Assembly: GCA_009914755.4 (NCBI GenBank)
Contig: CP068257.2
Span: forward strand, 36,000,001-36,064,000
Direction of reading: 5' to 3'
DNA from: the human T2T-CHM13v2.0 reference genome, Homo sapiens
Length of the DNA stretch: 64,000 nucleotides
Under the pieces are notes generated by a model. That model did not search any database, was not told the origin of the DNA, and was given only the letters and a program-made list of their open reading frames with translations. The stretch's first letter is position 1, and every line of letters begins with the position of its first letter. Shown here in pieces: positions 27,461 to 40,600 of this stretch. The position numbers and the translations under genes are program-made.

Positions 27461-27770
27461 GGCTGGGTATGGTGGCTCAAACTCGTAATCCCAGCAATTT
27501 GGGAGGCTGAGGCAGGAGGATCATTTGAGGCCAGAGTTAGAGACCAGCCTGGGCGACATAAAGAGACCTTGTCTCTACATAAAATAAAACAAATTTAGCT
27601 GGGTGTGGTCCCAGCTACTCAGGAGGGGAGGCTGAATAGGGAGGATTGCTTGAACCCCAGAGGTCGAGGCTGTGGTGAGCCATGATTGCACTACTGCACT
27701 CCAGCCTAGGCAATACAGCAAGACTCTGTCTTTAAAAACAAACAAATAAAAACAAATAAACAAAAAAACC
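27461..27770 (+). mobile_element. Alu SINE, sense, with an A-rich tail.
   Basis: ggctgggtatggtggctcaaactcgtaatcccagcaatttgggaggctgaggcagg...gcactccagcctaggcaatacagcaagactctgtctttaaaaacaaacaaataaaaacaaataaacaaaaaaacc. Confidence 0.95.
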
Positions 27771-29026
27771 AAACAAGCTCCTTACAGAGTGACTCACAAA
27801 TCCAGCACCAGGAAGATGATAAAATAGAGACATATTTATCGAAGCAACCACATCTTCTCGTGGGTCATCTAATGAAGGCAGTCTTAAATTGAAATAGTGG
27901 GCAAATTTGGAAAAGTAAATGTAGTTTGCATCCTCCATGTTTGTGAAGGTCTGTGGATCTTGGTGGCAGTGAAGTGTTTGAACCATGTTTAATAGGGAAG
28001 TTTTGTCCCAGAGGTTCTAAGCCATTCTGCCTAGGCTGCTCTGGGGCTGCGGTGACCCTGGAACGGGTGAGCACCCAGTGGTATCCCAGGTACCAGTGTT
28101 CCTTTGGTGGTAGCTACTAGACTAGAAAATATTACTTGTAGAGTCACGTAGCAGCCTTTTCCAGAGCTTCTTCATAAATCTGATTCATTTTTACTATTAG
28201 AGCTGTCTCAAGAGGTCCAGAGTCCAGTGCACAGCCTCTCTTGTGATCTGCTGGAAGTCCCTCACTCTTCGACTAACAGTGAACAGTTAATAAAACGGGG
28301 GTAAAAATCCACTTATGACTCTGTTAAGGAACTCTCACCCTTTCTTCACACTTGGAATCTTTCCTGACTTGTGGAAAATTTGGTTTGGTTTATAGAATGT
28401 GAGACAAGCCTTCTGAATTCGTACATCCTCGTAAATGTATGCGTAATACATTTAGAAGTCAGAGAGTCTCCTTCAGTCCAAGTCTAGTTTTGAAGTATTT
28501 ATTTCAAGTGTATATATCAACGGATCTCTACATTCCTACATTAACTGGGGTAATGTAACCTAGGAGAGTTTAGCATTTCAAATATTTTTTATATATATTT
28601 CATAAGAAATATTTTCAGGAACAAATGAAAACTTGGTGTGGCAAAATAAACCCCCACCACGCTACATCCCTTGGCTCACAAATCACCACCATGTGCCCAA
28701 GTTCTGTCCTGTGAAATTCTAGTAATAACAGGATTATCTCATCAATTTATATTCACACCTGTAGCTTGTTATTATCCCGGGGTGACATGAGATCCTTGTA
28801 GCTTAATCATTTATTTGGCTCAGGCTTTTAAAGACGAGCGGGAGCTGAGTAACAGCACTGTGTGCCTCTCTGGGCTAATCTCTGTCATCTCAACACACTG
28901 TTTTCCCTCTAGGGAGGGTTGGCATGTTCCAGTTCCAGCAGCCGGTGTGCCGGGCGATGTTCAGCAGAGCCAGAGAGCAGGAACAGCAGGTACCAGAATC
29001 CTGGGTCACGGTGCAGTTTCAGTTAG

Positions 29027-29339
<313 letters not shown>

Positions 29340-31216
29340 AAGTTTCAGTTAGTTTAGTTTCAACAGCAGCTCTTCCAAGGTGGTGGAAATAGACTGTGTG
29401 TAGGGATCAGAGCGACGGGGAGGGATGGAGCCCTTTCATCTGTCCTATTTTGAGGAAGACAAGTCATGTATTAAATGAAGTAATACATGAGGATATAGCA
29501 CAGGGCAGAACATGTAACATGTTCTTCATGACATCACTTATTATGCATGGGCTATTATTGGTATCCTTATTATAACTTGAAGGGGCTGACTTAATTCTTA
29601 CTTTTTAGCTCATTTCTTTGGATCCATGAGGTTTTTTGGTCTTACTTCTAAGAGTGTCCTATTAGACATAAAGACTTGGCCGACAGATGTGTGTATGAGT
29701 AGGGTCGGGATGGAGGGGAAGCTGTATTTTGTGTCTATGTCAGAAACGGCTTAGTTCTGGGTTAGTGTCTTAACCATGTCTTTTATTTTCTGTATTCTGA
29801 TCCTTTGACATCTGAGGCTGTGCTGACCCAATTGCCAGAGACCAGTAAACAACATTTGCCCATGGAATCACTTTTCAGATGCAAACCAATGGCTCCAGGG
29901 TCCATACCCCCAATCACTTCTCTCATGAAGCTCTCTCACTCCAGGCCATGATCCACTCACCTTAATCCCCCCCAGAGTTAGGCCTCAAACATTAGGGACA
30001 GTCTCCATGCTCCAGAGTCTGCTGAAATGATCCAAACTAGCCCATCCTAAGCCTGCTGACCAGCATCATCCATTCCTTCTCATGGAAACCATGATAAGGG
30101 GTCTTGCCCACAGCTTCCCTCCCTTGTTCCCTCCTGGCTGACAGGGTGCTTCCTCATGTGGAACACCTCTGCCCCCCCATGACATGGTGTGGCCCCGACT
30201 TTGGGAACTGTGAGTAACAAACACCTCAGCAGAGCTTTGTGGCAGCAGAGGCAGCATCTATACCTTGGTTTATGTTGATATTGCGTGGAAAATGGCACTG
30301 CTAACACTGATTGCATTTCCTGGACCTCAAGTTGGGACAAGCAGTCTGAGCTGGCAGAATGTGTCAGAAGTCATGCCTGTGATCCGTGACTGTTCTGAGG
30401 CTGCAGGAAGCCTTTCCAGCCTGGGTTAGCCAGGAGTGAGCTGGGCTGCTGCTACCACTGACCCTCATCAGACAGCCCAGGGAGGGGGACATCAGGCTGA
30501 AGCACAGCTGGTAGGGGTGGCATTTCTGAGCATGCAGGTGTAAAACGGGGGAGGAATCTACAGGGGAGGAGGCTGTGCCCCTGAGGGCATAGGCTGCAAT
30601 CACTGAGGCCAGGGAGCTCTGTCTACAGAGCTGTGGGCCGTGGAGGGGAGGAAGTCTTGCAAGTAGCTGGGCCTTGTCACTCAAACCTTCATGAATGGCA
30701 CCTGCTGGCTGAACTCTTGGACTTCTCGGAAAGATGATGGGGAAAGCTGTGGTCTGTAAGGTTTACCTTTCCTCTGGGGAATGCTACTGGCACACGTTAT
30801 AGACATCAACATTTTAGCTGCTAACCCTGGAGAGCTGGTCTGGGATCTCCATGGGATGTCATCTTGCTAATATTTAGAGTGGGGGACAAAATCCAGAATA
30901 GATTATTTCCTTTCCTGGATACTTTAATTTCACTTGTAACCAAATTGCCAATAGGTGCATTTTCTCCTAACCAAATTGCCAATAGGTGCAAGTTTAAAAT
31001 GACTTCTCTTGGAATAGACAGTCTTAATTTTATTATGCTGCTTCTTGGAGTGTGGATGCCACCTGACAAAATGATGAAAATTAACCTTCTTCCTGCTATT
31101 TCTTGGGGTCAGTCATTTGTCCAATCACATCACACTGAACTCATTACTTTGGGTTTTTAAAGTTTTTTTTAAAACTGCAGATATTTAAATCAGGTCACCT
31201 ACAGAAAGGGAGTTTA

Positions 31217-31535
31217 GGCCAGGCGCGGTGGCTCATGCCTGTAATCCCAGCACTTCGGGAGGCTAAGGCGGGCAGATCACCTGAGGTCAGGAATTCGAGA
31301 CAAGCCTGGCCAACATGGTGAAACCCCGTCTCTACCAAAAATACAAAAATTAGCTGGGTGTGGTGGCGGGTGCCTGTAATCCCAACTACTCGGGAGGCTG
31401 AGGCAGAAGAATCACCTGAACTTCGAAGGTGGAGGCTGCAGAGTGCTGAGATTGTGCCATTGCACTCCAGCCTGGGTGACAGAGTGAGACTCCATCTCAA
31501 AAAAAAAAAAAAAAAAAAAAGAAAGAAAAAGAAAG
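31217..31535 (+). mobile_element. Alu SINE, sense, with poly-A and an (AAAG)-rich tail.
   Basis: ggccaggcgcggtggctcatgcctgtaatcccagcacttcgggaggctaaggcgggcagatcacctgaggtcaggaattcgagacaag...ccagcctgggtgacagagtgagactccatctcaaaaaaaaaaaaaaaaaaaaaagaaagaaaaagaaag. Confidence 0.95.
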
Positions 31536-32140
31536 GGAGTTTATAAATCACTGTGCTTTTGCTTTCCCTCCTCCTCACTTATCTTACATTTCCTCAAGCT
31601 AACCATGGCATGTTGTGGGAGAGGCCGAGGAGTTCCGACCCAAGGAATCTTGACCTGAGATTTCTAGGAGAAGGAGGTGGTGCTGCCTCTTTCCTCTGAG
31701 GCCACCTCCAGTTGCACTAATTGTTCAATGTTGTTCCACAGACTCAGAACACATTATAATTGTATGCTTCTCAATAGGAGTTATTAATGAACATAGAATG
31801 AGAAATTGATGAAATTTTTTTTAAGTCGAAAAAGCTCTCAGCAGCAATCCCATGACGAAACCCAGGAGACAGGGCTTTCTGTAGTGGGAGGCTGTGGGCA
31901 GGAGAGTTTGTTTGCAAGAGGCTGTCTGCGGCACCACCGCGATGTAGCCAGACCCCGCATCACCTTTGCTAGGCTGTGCCTTGCTGACATTTCTGCAGGT
32001 GCTGTTTCCAGATGAACCAGCCTGGGTTCTGATCTAGCCACATTGATAATGAATGTTCCTTTTGATACCGAAGCACAAAACTGGGAGAAGCTGAGCTTCT
32101 TCACTTATTTCCTATCTGTTTGTTCTATGTCTCTAAATAG

Positions 32141-32427
32141 GTCTGTCTCGCTCTGTCGCCCTGGCTGGAGTGCAGTGGCGCCATCTCGGCTCACTGCAAA
32201 CTCCGCCTCCCAGGTTCACGCCATTCTCCTGCCTCAGCCTCCCCAAGTAGCTGGGACTACAGACGCCCGCCACCACACCCAGCTAATTTTTTTTTTTTTT
32301 GTATTTTTAGTAGAGACGGGGCTTCACCATGTTAGCCAGGATGGTCTCCATCTCCTGACCTTGTGATTCACCCACCTCAGCCTCCCAAAGTGCTGGGATT
32401 ACAGGTGTGAACCACCGCGCCTGGCCT
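32141..32427 (-). mobile_element. Alu SINE (AluY-like), antisense, 3' tail truncated.
   Basis: gtctgtctcgctctgtcgccctggctggagtgcagtggcgccatctcggctcactgcaaactccgcctcccaggttcacgccattctcctgcc...gggattacaggtgtgaaccaccgcgcctggcc. Confidence 0.95.
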
Positions 32428-35400
32428 AATTCCAGCATTTAAAAACAATCTGTCCAGTGTGTCTGCATTCTAGAAAAGCAGGGCACAATGAATGTGGCTT
32501 TGATTCTGCCTGGTCCTTAGATAATCCTGGCCACACATTAAGCCCAGGTTTAGCGTCTGGCGCCAGTTCCCTCTGCCCGCTTCCTTGAGCTCTCTGCTCC
32601 AGCAAGGTGGGGTGGGCAGATAGGGTTGTTGTAGGCTTGGGCTTTGGCAATAAGCTACCTCTGGACTGAGTCCGAGTTCTGCCTCTCACTCTCCACATGA
32701 GTTGTGACAAGCTCCATTACTTTCCTGAGCCTCAGTTTCCTTGTGTGTGAAAAAGGAATAATAATACCTCCAGGTTGTTGTCAGGTGCACATATGGTAGG
32801 TACCAGGTGTGTAGTGCGTTATAACTGCCTCGCTGTGGGCTCTCAACAAAGACGGCAACTGGATGGCCACAGCCTCCTCACTGTCCTGCGTGTCATTCCC
32901 CTGCCTGGACTACGCTTCCTCTCCCTCTGTTTATTGAAATTCTATCCAGTGGTTTTAGGAGGCCTCTCTGAGCATCTCAGCCAGCTTTCCTTCAAGAATC
33001 CTGCTTCATCTATTGTCTGAAGCACCTGCTAGGCTCTTCACACTCTGCTTATTGCTTTTCACTTGACAATTTTTGAGGTTTCATTCATTACAATTATCAA
33101 AAGAATTTTGGCATAAGTCTTCCTTCCCCAACTAGGCTGTCAGTCTCTGGCGTTTAGTAAATATGTATGCTTTGTCTGTCTTTGTACATCCACCCTCATC
33201 TCCTAATCAGATAATCTCAATGAGATTTGTATCTCTTGTATACCATAAGCTCGATAAATACTTGATAATACTCGATGACAACTCAAAAGTTCAATTCTAT
33301 TGCCACTCCTTGAATTATAATAGCACTTACTCTGTGAGACAGTTACTATGTTAATTATCAGAATGAATGAAACTAGAAACAGACCTTCTCCTCCTAAAAC
33401 TTATCGAGGCTAGGGAAATGAAAGACATTGATCATTGTATAAAACTTGTAATGAGTTTTACAAAAGAAAGGTACAGAGAGCCACAGGACCATTTAAGGGC
33501 AGGAGCTTGGTGTCACTTGGGAGTAGGGATGGCTTTCTCGATGTCACACTACAGGGGGGTGGACAGAGAAGGGTATCCCTGGACTGAAGGAGCAGTGACT
33601 GTGTTGTGGGGACAGTCATACATGAGATAATGATATGAGGTGAGGCTAAAGAGGAGAGCGGGGGCCCACATGTAGGCCTGTCGGCCACATCAATAAACCA
33701 GCCTTCCCTCTAAAAGCAGTAAGAAGGCATTGGAGAGTTTGGAGGAGATAGATAGGATCCTCCTCTCTGTGTTTTGAAAAGAGCCCTTGAGCTGCAGTGC
33801 TCATAGGGGACTGGGGCAGAGCAAGAATGAACAAACCGAGAGCAAGGAGGAGCCTTCCCAGTGGTCTGGGCAAGGGATGATGGCGGGTAGATTGGAGTGG
33901 TCATGCAGAGGAAGGGAGTGGAAGGATTCAAGACAGAGCGGGGAAGGGAAATAGACTGAGCTTAATGCTGGGTTGGAAATGGGGACAGGGAACATACAAA
34001 TTCCCTTGATGTCATCTAGGTTTCTGGACTGAGCACCTGGGTGGACAGTGGAGCTGTACACCAACATATGGACTCCTGGAGAGGACTGGATTGAGAAGGA
34101 GTGTGTGAGTTTAGTTTGGACAGGTTAAGTGATGCCCAGGCTCTAAGAGGAGCTGTCAAAGGATGGTTGGATAAAGTCTTCTGGAACTTTAGGGACAAGT
34201 CTAACTTGTCCAGCATTGATGGTGACTAGTTCACATGTCAACTTCAACCACAGTCTCCATCCTGCGGGCTTGTAACCTTATTTTCAACCTTACTGACCCA
34301 CTGATTTTACTCCATATCTCTTTAGGATGAGTCTTTAGGTTAGAGGTAAATTTGGGAGTCACTGGTGTACAGTAGCTGATGTTGTGGAACGTCAATGAGA
34401 ATTGGAGATAGAATAGAGTGAGGGGGGAAAAGAGACTAGTTAGACTGAACCTTGAGAAAATGAACCAACATTTTCATGGCTGGTTACAGGAGGTGGAGGC
34501 TGAACAACAGCTTGAGTGAATAGAGGCAGAAGAAAAACCAGGAAGCTTCAGGTCATAGGAGCCCACGGAGGAGAGTGGTTCCAGAAAGAAACAGTGGTCA
34601 ACATCAAAAACTGCTGGATGGACAAAAGAAATGGAACTAGTGTATTGGATTTAAAGACTAAAGATCATTGATGAGCTGGGCAGGGGATGTTTCAGCAGAA
34701 CAGTGGGGTCAGAAACCTGTGGGAGCCTGTTGAGTAGTGAATGGCAAAAAGAAGAGGAAGAATGGAAGTATCAACAACTCTTTTGAAGAATTTGCTTGTC
34801 AGGGGGCAGAAAGAGCCAAGGTTGATGGAGAACTGTGGAAGCGAAGGAGGGTTTTTGTTTTTTTTGTTGTTTTGTTTTAATGGGAGAGACTTGACACAAT
34901 TACATACAAAGAATTCATTGGGAAGAGAGAGGTCAAATATTTGGGAGAAAGAGGGGATTATTTATAGTGTTTTAGGGTGAGGCTATTCTGGATTGTCCAG
35001 GACTAAGAGGTACCCTGGGACACAGGACTTTTAGTGCTAAAACTGGGATAACTTTGGACAAACTGGGATGATTGGCCACTCTAGTTGTCAGATAGGCAAG
35101 AGAAGATGGGACTTAAAGCACAGGAGCTGGAATTTTCTGCAGGAAGAGGGGCATTTTCTCTTTTGCAATGGGAGGAAAGAAAAGGATGGACTCAGATGTG
35201 GAAAACACTGCAGGCTTACTTGAGGAAGCTAGGGGATTCCTGTCTGATGTTTTCAATTTCCTGAGTAAGTCCATTTGCTGAGAGGGAATGAGTGGAGAAA
35301 GTTTGAAATGCTCTTTGTGGAGCCTGGGAGAGCACATTGAACAGAAAAATTACTGGGCAGCGTTGAAGGTCCCTGTGAGGTTGGGTTGCATGAATTTAGA

Positions 35401-35518
35401 ATGATGCTCATCTGCCCGTGTGTGTGTGGGATTATTTAGCAGAGATCAGCAGCTCAAGTGCAGCTCACAGAAGGTCAATATTTGGCTACTTCTAGGGCTG
35501 ACATTTTCTCCAGTGATG

Positions 35519-35545
35519 CAACAACAACAACAGCAACACAAAACA
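35519..35545. repeat. (CAA)n trinucleotide repeat.
   Basis: The tract reads caacaacaacaacagcaacacaaaacaa. Confidence 0.8.
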
Positions 35546-37542
35546 AAGGAGTAAAAAGGGAATTAAGGAACTGGCAAGAATTTTACTGAATTCATGGACT
35601 AGAGCTGGATAAAGAAAGAAGTGAAGACAGGAAACGATAATGAATTTGGAGTAAAATCAGTGGGTCAGTAGGTTGAAAATAAGGTTACAAGCCTGCAGGA
35701 TGGAGACTGTGGTTGAAGTTGACACGTGAACTAGTTGCCATCAATGCTGGTGGCGCAGGTGTGTGGTGGCAAGGGGTGCTGGCCAGGCTGCAGAAGCAGA
35801 TGGGGAGATGTAAACATGCATTCTCTTTATGGGAAGTTATGACAAAGGAAGGGAGGGATTAAAATACTCAAGGGGGGACGTAGGGTGAATGATGATGGAA
35901 GCAAGCTTTCTAACTGTGCTTAAAAAATAAAGCAAATGCATTTAAATGCTTTAGGGAAATTGCTGTTATCAACTGCCAATATTAATTCCACAGTGCATGG
36001 TATTACAGGACTTCAGTCAATGTTTGATACATTTCATAGGCTCTCTCCATCCTGTCTTCAACCCTGTTGTAATTCTAGTTTGGTATTCTGAGCAAAGTAT
36101 TAGTTTAATTATCTTGCCTTTCTTATTCTCTGATGTACTATGTTCCATTCTTATCAGGTTGCACAAGGTAAGCATATTTGACTTGTCTTAGCCAGCAAAC
36201 CACTTTCCACAGAAAGTTAGAGATGCATTCTTAGTTAGGGCAACCTCTAGAAAAATGGAGTGAAATATGAAAGACATTACTCAAAGTGTGAGAGAGTCCC
36301 ACCCCAACAGAGACTCCAGGACCCTACGGTGGCTCAAGAAGGAGTGTGGGGACCCTAGAAAGTTCTGGAACCAGCCTGGAGAGACTCTTAGGTAGGAATT
36401 TTATAAAGGCTGCCCTTGGGCAACCCTCACTGTCTCTCAGAATCCAAGAAAAAAATTCCACTTTGTGGGTTTTTTTTTTTTTTTTTTTTTGGTGTGTGAG
36501 CATTAGGGATCATGGACGTGCAGCACCAGGCACAGTGGCTCGTTTGTTAGTTCATCCACACTTTTTCCTTTCATTCATTCACTCATGGAATCAGGAAGCA
36601 AGCATCTCTTCAGTCTCCATGTCCTGTGATCTAGGTGAAGGTGCTGGAACACAGAAAATGGACACCCACACACCTCAGTAGACTCAACAAATGGAAGCGT
36701 CTGTCAGCTCTTCTGCTACTTTCTGATTGGTCTTCTACCTTCTTGATTCGACATCTCTCTGCTGTCTTGACATTTGGTAAAAAAAAAAAAAAATGTTTTG
36801 GCATTTCCTAATAACTCTTCCCATATTGCTTTCCTCCAGTTTACTCTCACAGCCCCAAATACAGCAGTTTTAGGAGAAACAGCACCAGTCAGGGGTAGGG
36901 GCCCTGACTCATGTGTCCTTGAGTGTGTCAAGAGACCCCTCTGGCCACCATGCAGGGCCTGCCCATGCTGTTCCTTGCCATTTTAATGTCTCCGTTGAGC
37001 TTCTCAATGGCTCGGTGAAGCAGCAGGCAGGGGTGGTTCTTGCTACTTCCATTTCACTGATGAGCAAATCTATGAGATTAAATGACTGGTCCCAGGGACA
37101 GAGCAAATTCATGGAAGACCTGGGTGTCCTGGCATTTGTGGTGGCCTCCTGGCATCTGCATCTTCATCCTGTCTGCACAGCCCCTGGCTGGGTCTGGGGA
37201 TGCAGCTCTCTCCCTGGCTCTGGGTGAGGAGTGCATGACCAGCCTCAGCCAATCGGCATGGACATCCCCAAGGCCAATGGGTAGGCCTGTGGCCCGAGTC
37301 AATCACTGTGATTCTCAGAACTCATGGGAGCTATAGGCAAGTACTACAGCTCTTTCCCATTAAACTTGAACCTGAGAAGATGTGAGAGAGAGGCGGACCG
37401 AGACAGAGGCAGCACAAAGGAAGTGGAGCAGGGAGATGGAAGAAGAGAAGGTCCTGGTGACATCATTTGAGTTCCTGGGTCAAGCTCTATCCAAGCTAGT
37501 CCTGCCATGGTCTTAGAATACACTGCCTTCACACTCTAGACA

Positions 37543-37544
<2 letters not shown>

Positions 37545-37622
<78 letters not shown>
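37545..37622. repeat. Compound (GT)n(GA)n dinucleotide microsatellite.
   Basis: tgtgtgtgtg...(about 18 GT units) runs directly into gagagagagagagaaagagagagag... Confidence 0.95.
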
Positions 37623-40600
37623 TGTAACCATGAAGAGGTAATTGATACCTAGGGCCTCTGAGCTCCTCCACCAACACCCTCCCCAGAAGTGGCCAGATTA
37701 CTTTTGGAGTAATTGTATCATAGGCAAATCAAAGCTGAAATTATTTATGAAGAAGCTGAATGAACTCATTGATTGTTCTTTACAAGAATTTCAACAGACT
37801 TTTTCTTCTAAGGAAGAAGTAATACCAGGTCTTATGTGGGTTTTTATATAGGCTGTGCACTTGTGTGTGTGTGTATGTATTTGAGAAGGTAGGACATAGG
37901 AAGGTAGAATGGACAAGGGGAATGATGTGAAAATTCTTTGCAAAGTGAAAAGTCCTATTTAAGTATAAAATTATCTTCAGTTATGTTTCAGTTGGTAGTT
38001 GGCTTCTTATAATCCAGTGCTTGACTCAGGGACCTTCTCTGATTCTTAGTGGTAACCAGGGAGCTCTGTGTCAGCATGACTCCCATGCATGGGGAAGCAT
38101 TTTTCCCCAAAGGTCATAACTAGAGGCCAGCCCTGGGGCAGAAGAGGAGCAAGACGAAGCCACGGAGGTCAGGGTTTGCACTTCTGTTTCTGTATTTGGC
38201 TGACATCATTCCATGGACTTGGGTGTGGAACTTCCCCTATGTCTCTCTTGCTCTCTCTCTTTTTCTCTTTCCCACACACAGCCCTGGGAGGATGGCATAG
38301 GAGAGAGCGTGTGACACCACATGGCCATGGCCCATGGGGGGGCCTTCCTGGACCCTCATGGACTTAGGGGTTTTGCATCACCATGGTGCTGCCAGACGTG
38401 GCATGCACACGTTACATCAATGATAATGGGACATGGTGCCTGGACTCGGCGTGATGCTGCTGTGCCCTCTCCAAATGATACACCCCTGCTCCACAGGCTG
38501 GCATCAGCTGGCCACACCCCTTCTCCCTGCTGAGCAGCACAGGAGATGCTGACTCCTGGCTCTAGTGCTTTCATCCAATCATTGGGGGTTCTTCCTGCTG
38601 TGCTCAGGGTCCACAGAATCTTGACAAGCTCCTCACACAGAAGACACAGGCCTGGTCTGTGCATGCCAGCTTCAGATCCCTCATGAATGCTAAGGGGCTG
38701 CCTTGATGTCCCCACCAGCTCTCCTCTCCCTGCTGGGGCCTTCCCGGGCTGCAGCTGCAGACCCAGGCTGAGTCAAAGTGGTTGGTTTGTGGGGTAGACG
38801 ATGAGCTTTAGCATGGTGGCCCCCCACCCAGGCTCACATGTGGTACTCTAACCTCTGAGGTGGGCCGCATAGCAGCCTCCCTTGCCCGCTCCTCTCCCAG
38901 CCTCCCCATGGCTCTGCAGCCCTGCAGGGGTGGTGCAGCTGGAGCTGGAGCGGCTGGGGCTGGCATGGGACACAAGGGCGATTCTTATCTTTGTCCTTTC
39001 CCCGGCCTGCCTGAGCTGGACGGTGGCTGGAGATCAGACCCTTGGCTTGCCTTCTGTCAGGGACACTGTCCTCAAAACTTGAGGATGGAAGAGAAATTCA
39101 CATTCTACGTGGCCAAGCCTCCTGTCTCTCTTCTCTGGGGAGGGGAGGCTGCTTTTGTTTATGCTTCCTTCTCTCTGCTGGAAGAGACTATAATGAGAGG
39201 ATATTTTCTTGTCCTTTGGCCCAAGAAGTTGGCACCCCAGCGCCAGGGTACTCAATGATGCTTGTGCTTCCTTCCCACCCAAAGAAAAGTTCCAGGGGAT
39301 GTCAGTGATGGCGCTGTCCTGTTCTGCCATTGGAGGTCCTAGAAGATGCAGAGAGGTTGCTTCTTGGAGAGGAGGGAGGGGACAGGGTGTCCTGCCCTGG
39401 TACCCACATGGGCCTTCCTACACAGGGTGAGGAGTCTGAGAAGCCAAGGGGACCAGTCCACCCAGAACCCCTGCCTCACCCCCAGCCGGTCCCCAGGTAT
39501 CTGGGACCTGGGAACTCTCTCCTCCAACGGCCCTGATCCAAGGCCTGTGCTGGCTAGAGTCATGGAAGGGTGGCTCAGGGCTGCAGAGCTGGGGATGGGA
39601 CTTGGGGAGCTGGTTGGGGTGAACCTACACACGTCACCAATGACCCTCACTGGATGAGACAGGAGATAAGGGTGGGAGAGAAGAGGCATGTCCTGGGGGC
39701 CCCATTTGTGCTCTTGTTCTGGCCCTGAAAACCTTAGGGGTGGGTCTGGGGTGAGGCTCAGCAGTGGGAGCCCTGGGAACCTTCTCTGCCATAAGGACGG
39801 GGGATTCTGAGACAGGTGAGGGTCTGCCTAGTGTGCCCAGAAAATAGTTCCTGCTCTTCCTTAGTAGCACAAGCACTGAGGCTGCCTGCTCCCAGCTTGA
39901 CAGGGGTTCACTAGGACCCCTTCCTCTCCTCTCCCTCCTCTCAAAGAGATTGGGGACTCAGCTGGGATCGTTGGGTGCCTGTAACAAACCAGAGGGGTGC
40001 CCCTCACTTTCTGGACTCAGTGAAAATCAGTCTTCTAATTTTGCCCATATCATTCCTGATGAAAATTCAGTTAAGTGAGGTCTTAGAGAAGAGGTAGTAG
40101 AGAAAGTGGTAATTTCTCATAACTGACCCGCCCAGGCCACCCTCTGGTTTAGAAAAGTCCCTGCTCCATGAAGGGAATTTTCTGGGGGAGACGGCATCTG
40201 AGAAATCAGTATTTCACGACGGTGTCTTTCCAGTGATGGTTCTGCAAGCTGGTAGAGTGGTGAGTCGGGATTTGAACTCAGATCTTTGGCCACCCAGGTT
40301 TTCCTTGCCTTGCCTTGCAGGGCTGGTCTTAGGCTTCAAGATTCATTTTTGTAGTTTGTGGGTTTTCTCTTAAAACGAGGCTCTTATTCCTGCAAATATT
40401 TACAGGTTACTTTATTCTGTGTGGAACAGAATTGCTTCTAACCTGGTGGGGGCAGGGAACACTGCAGTAAGGGCTCAATTAACTGATTTCACAGTGGTCA
40501 CGACTCAGACATTCATTTTAGAGATTAAGTGGAAAATAAAAGAGATCAGAGCACCTCAAGCATACAGCAGGAACGCACAGTGAATTAAATGGAGAGATGG

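Noticed and set aside
38860-39689. Cluster of overlapping 66-132-aa ORFs on both strands in the GC-rich block (also 42256-43297).
   Set aside because: Overlapping ORFs in all frames are the expected by-product of high GC content (few stop codons). Their amino-acid composition is Pro/Gly/Ala/Arg/Trp/Cys-rich and I recognise no domain. I treat the region as non-coding, possibly regulatory.
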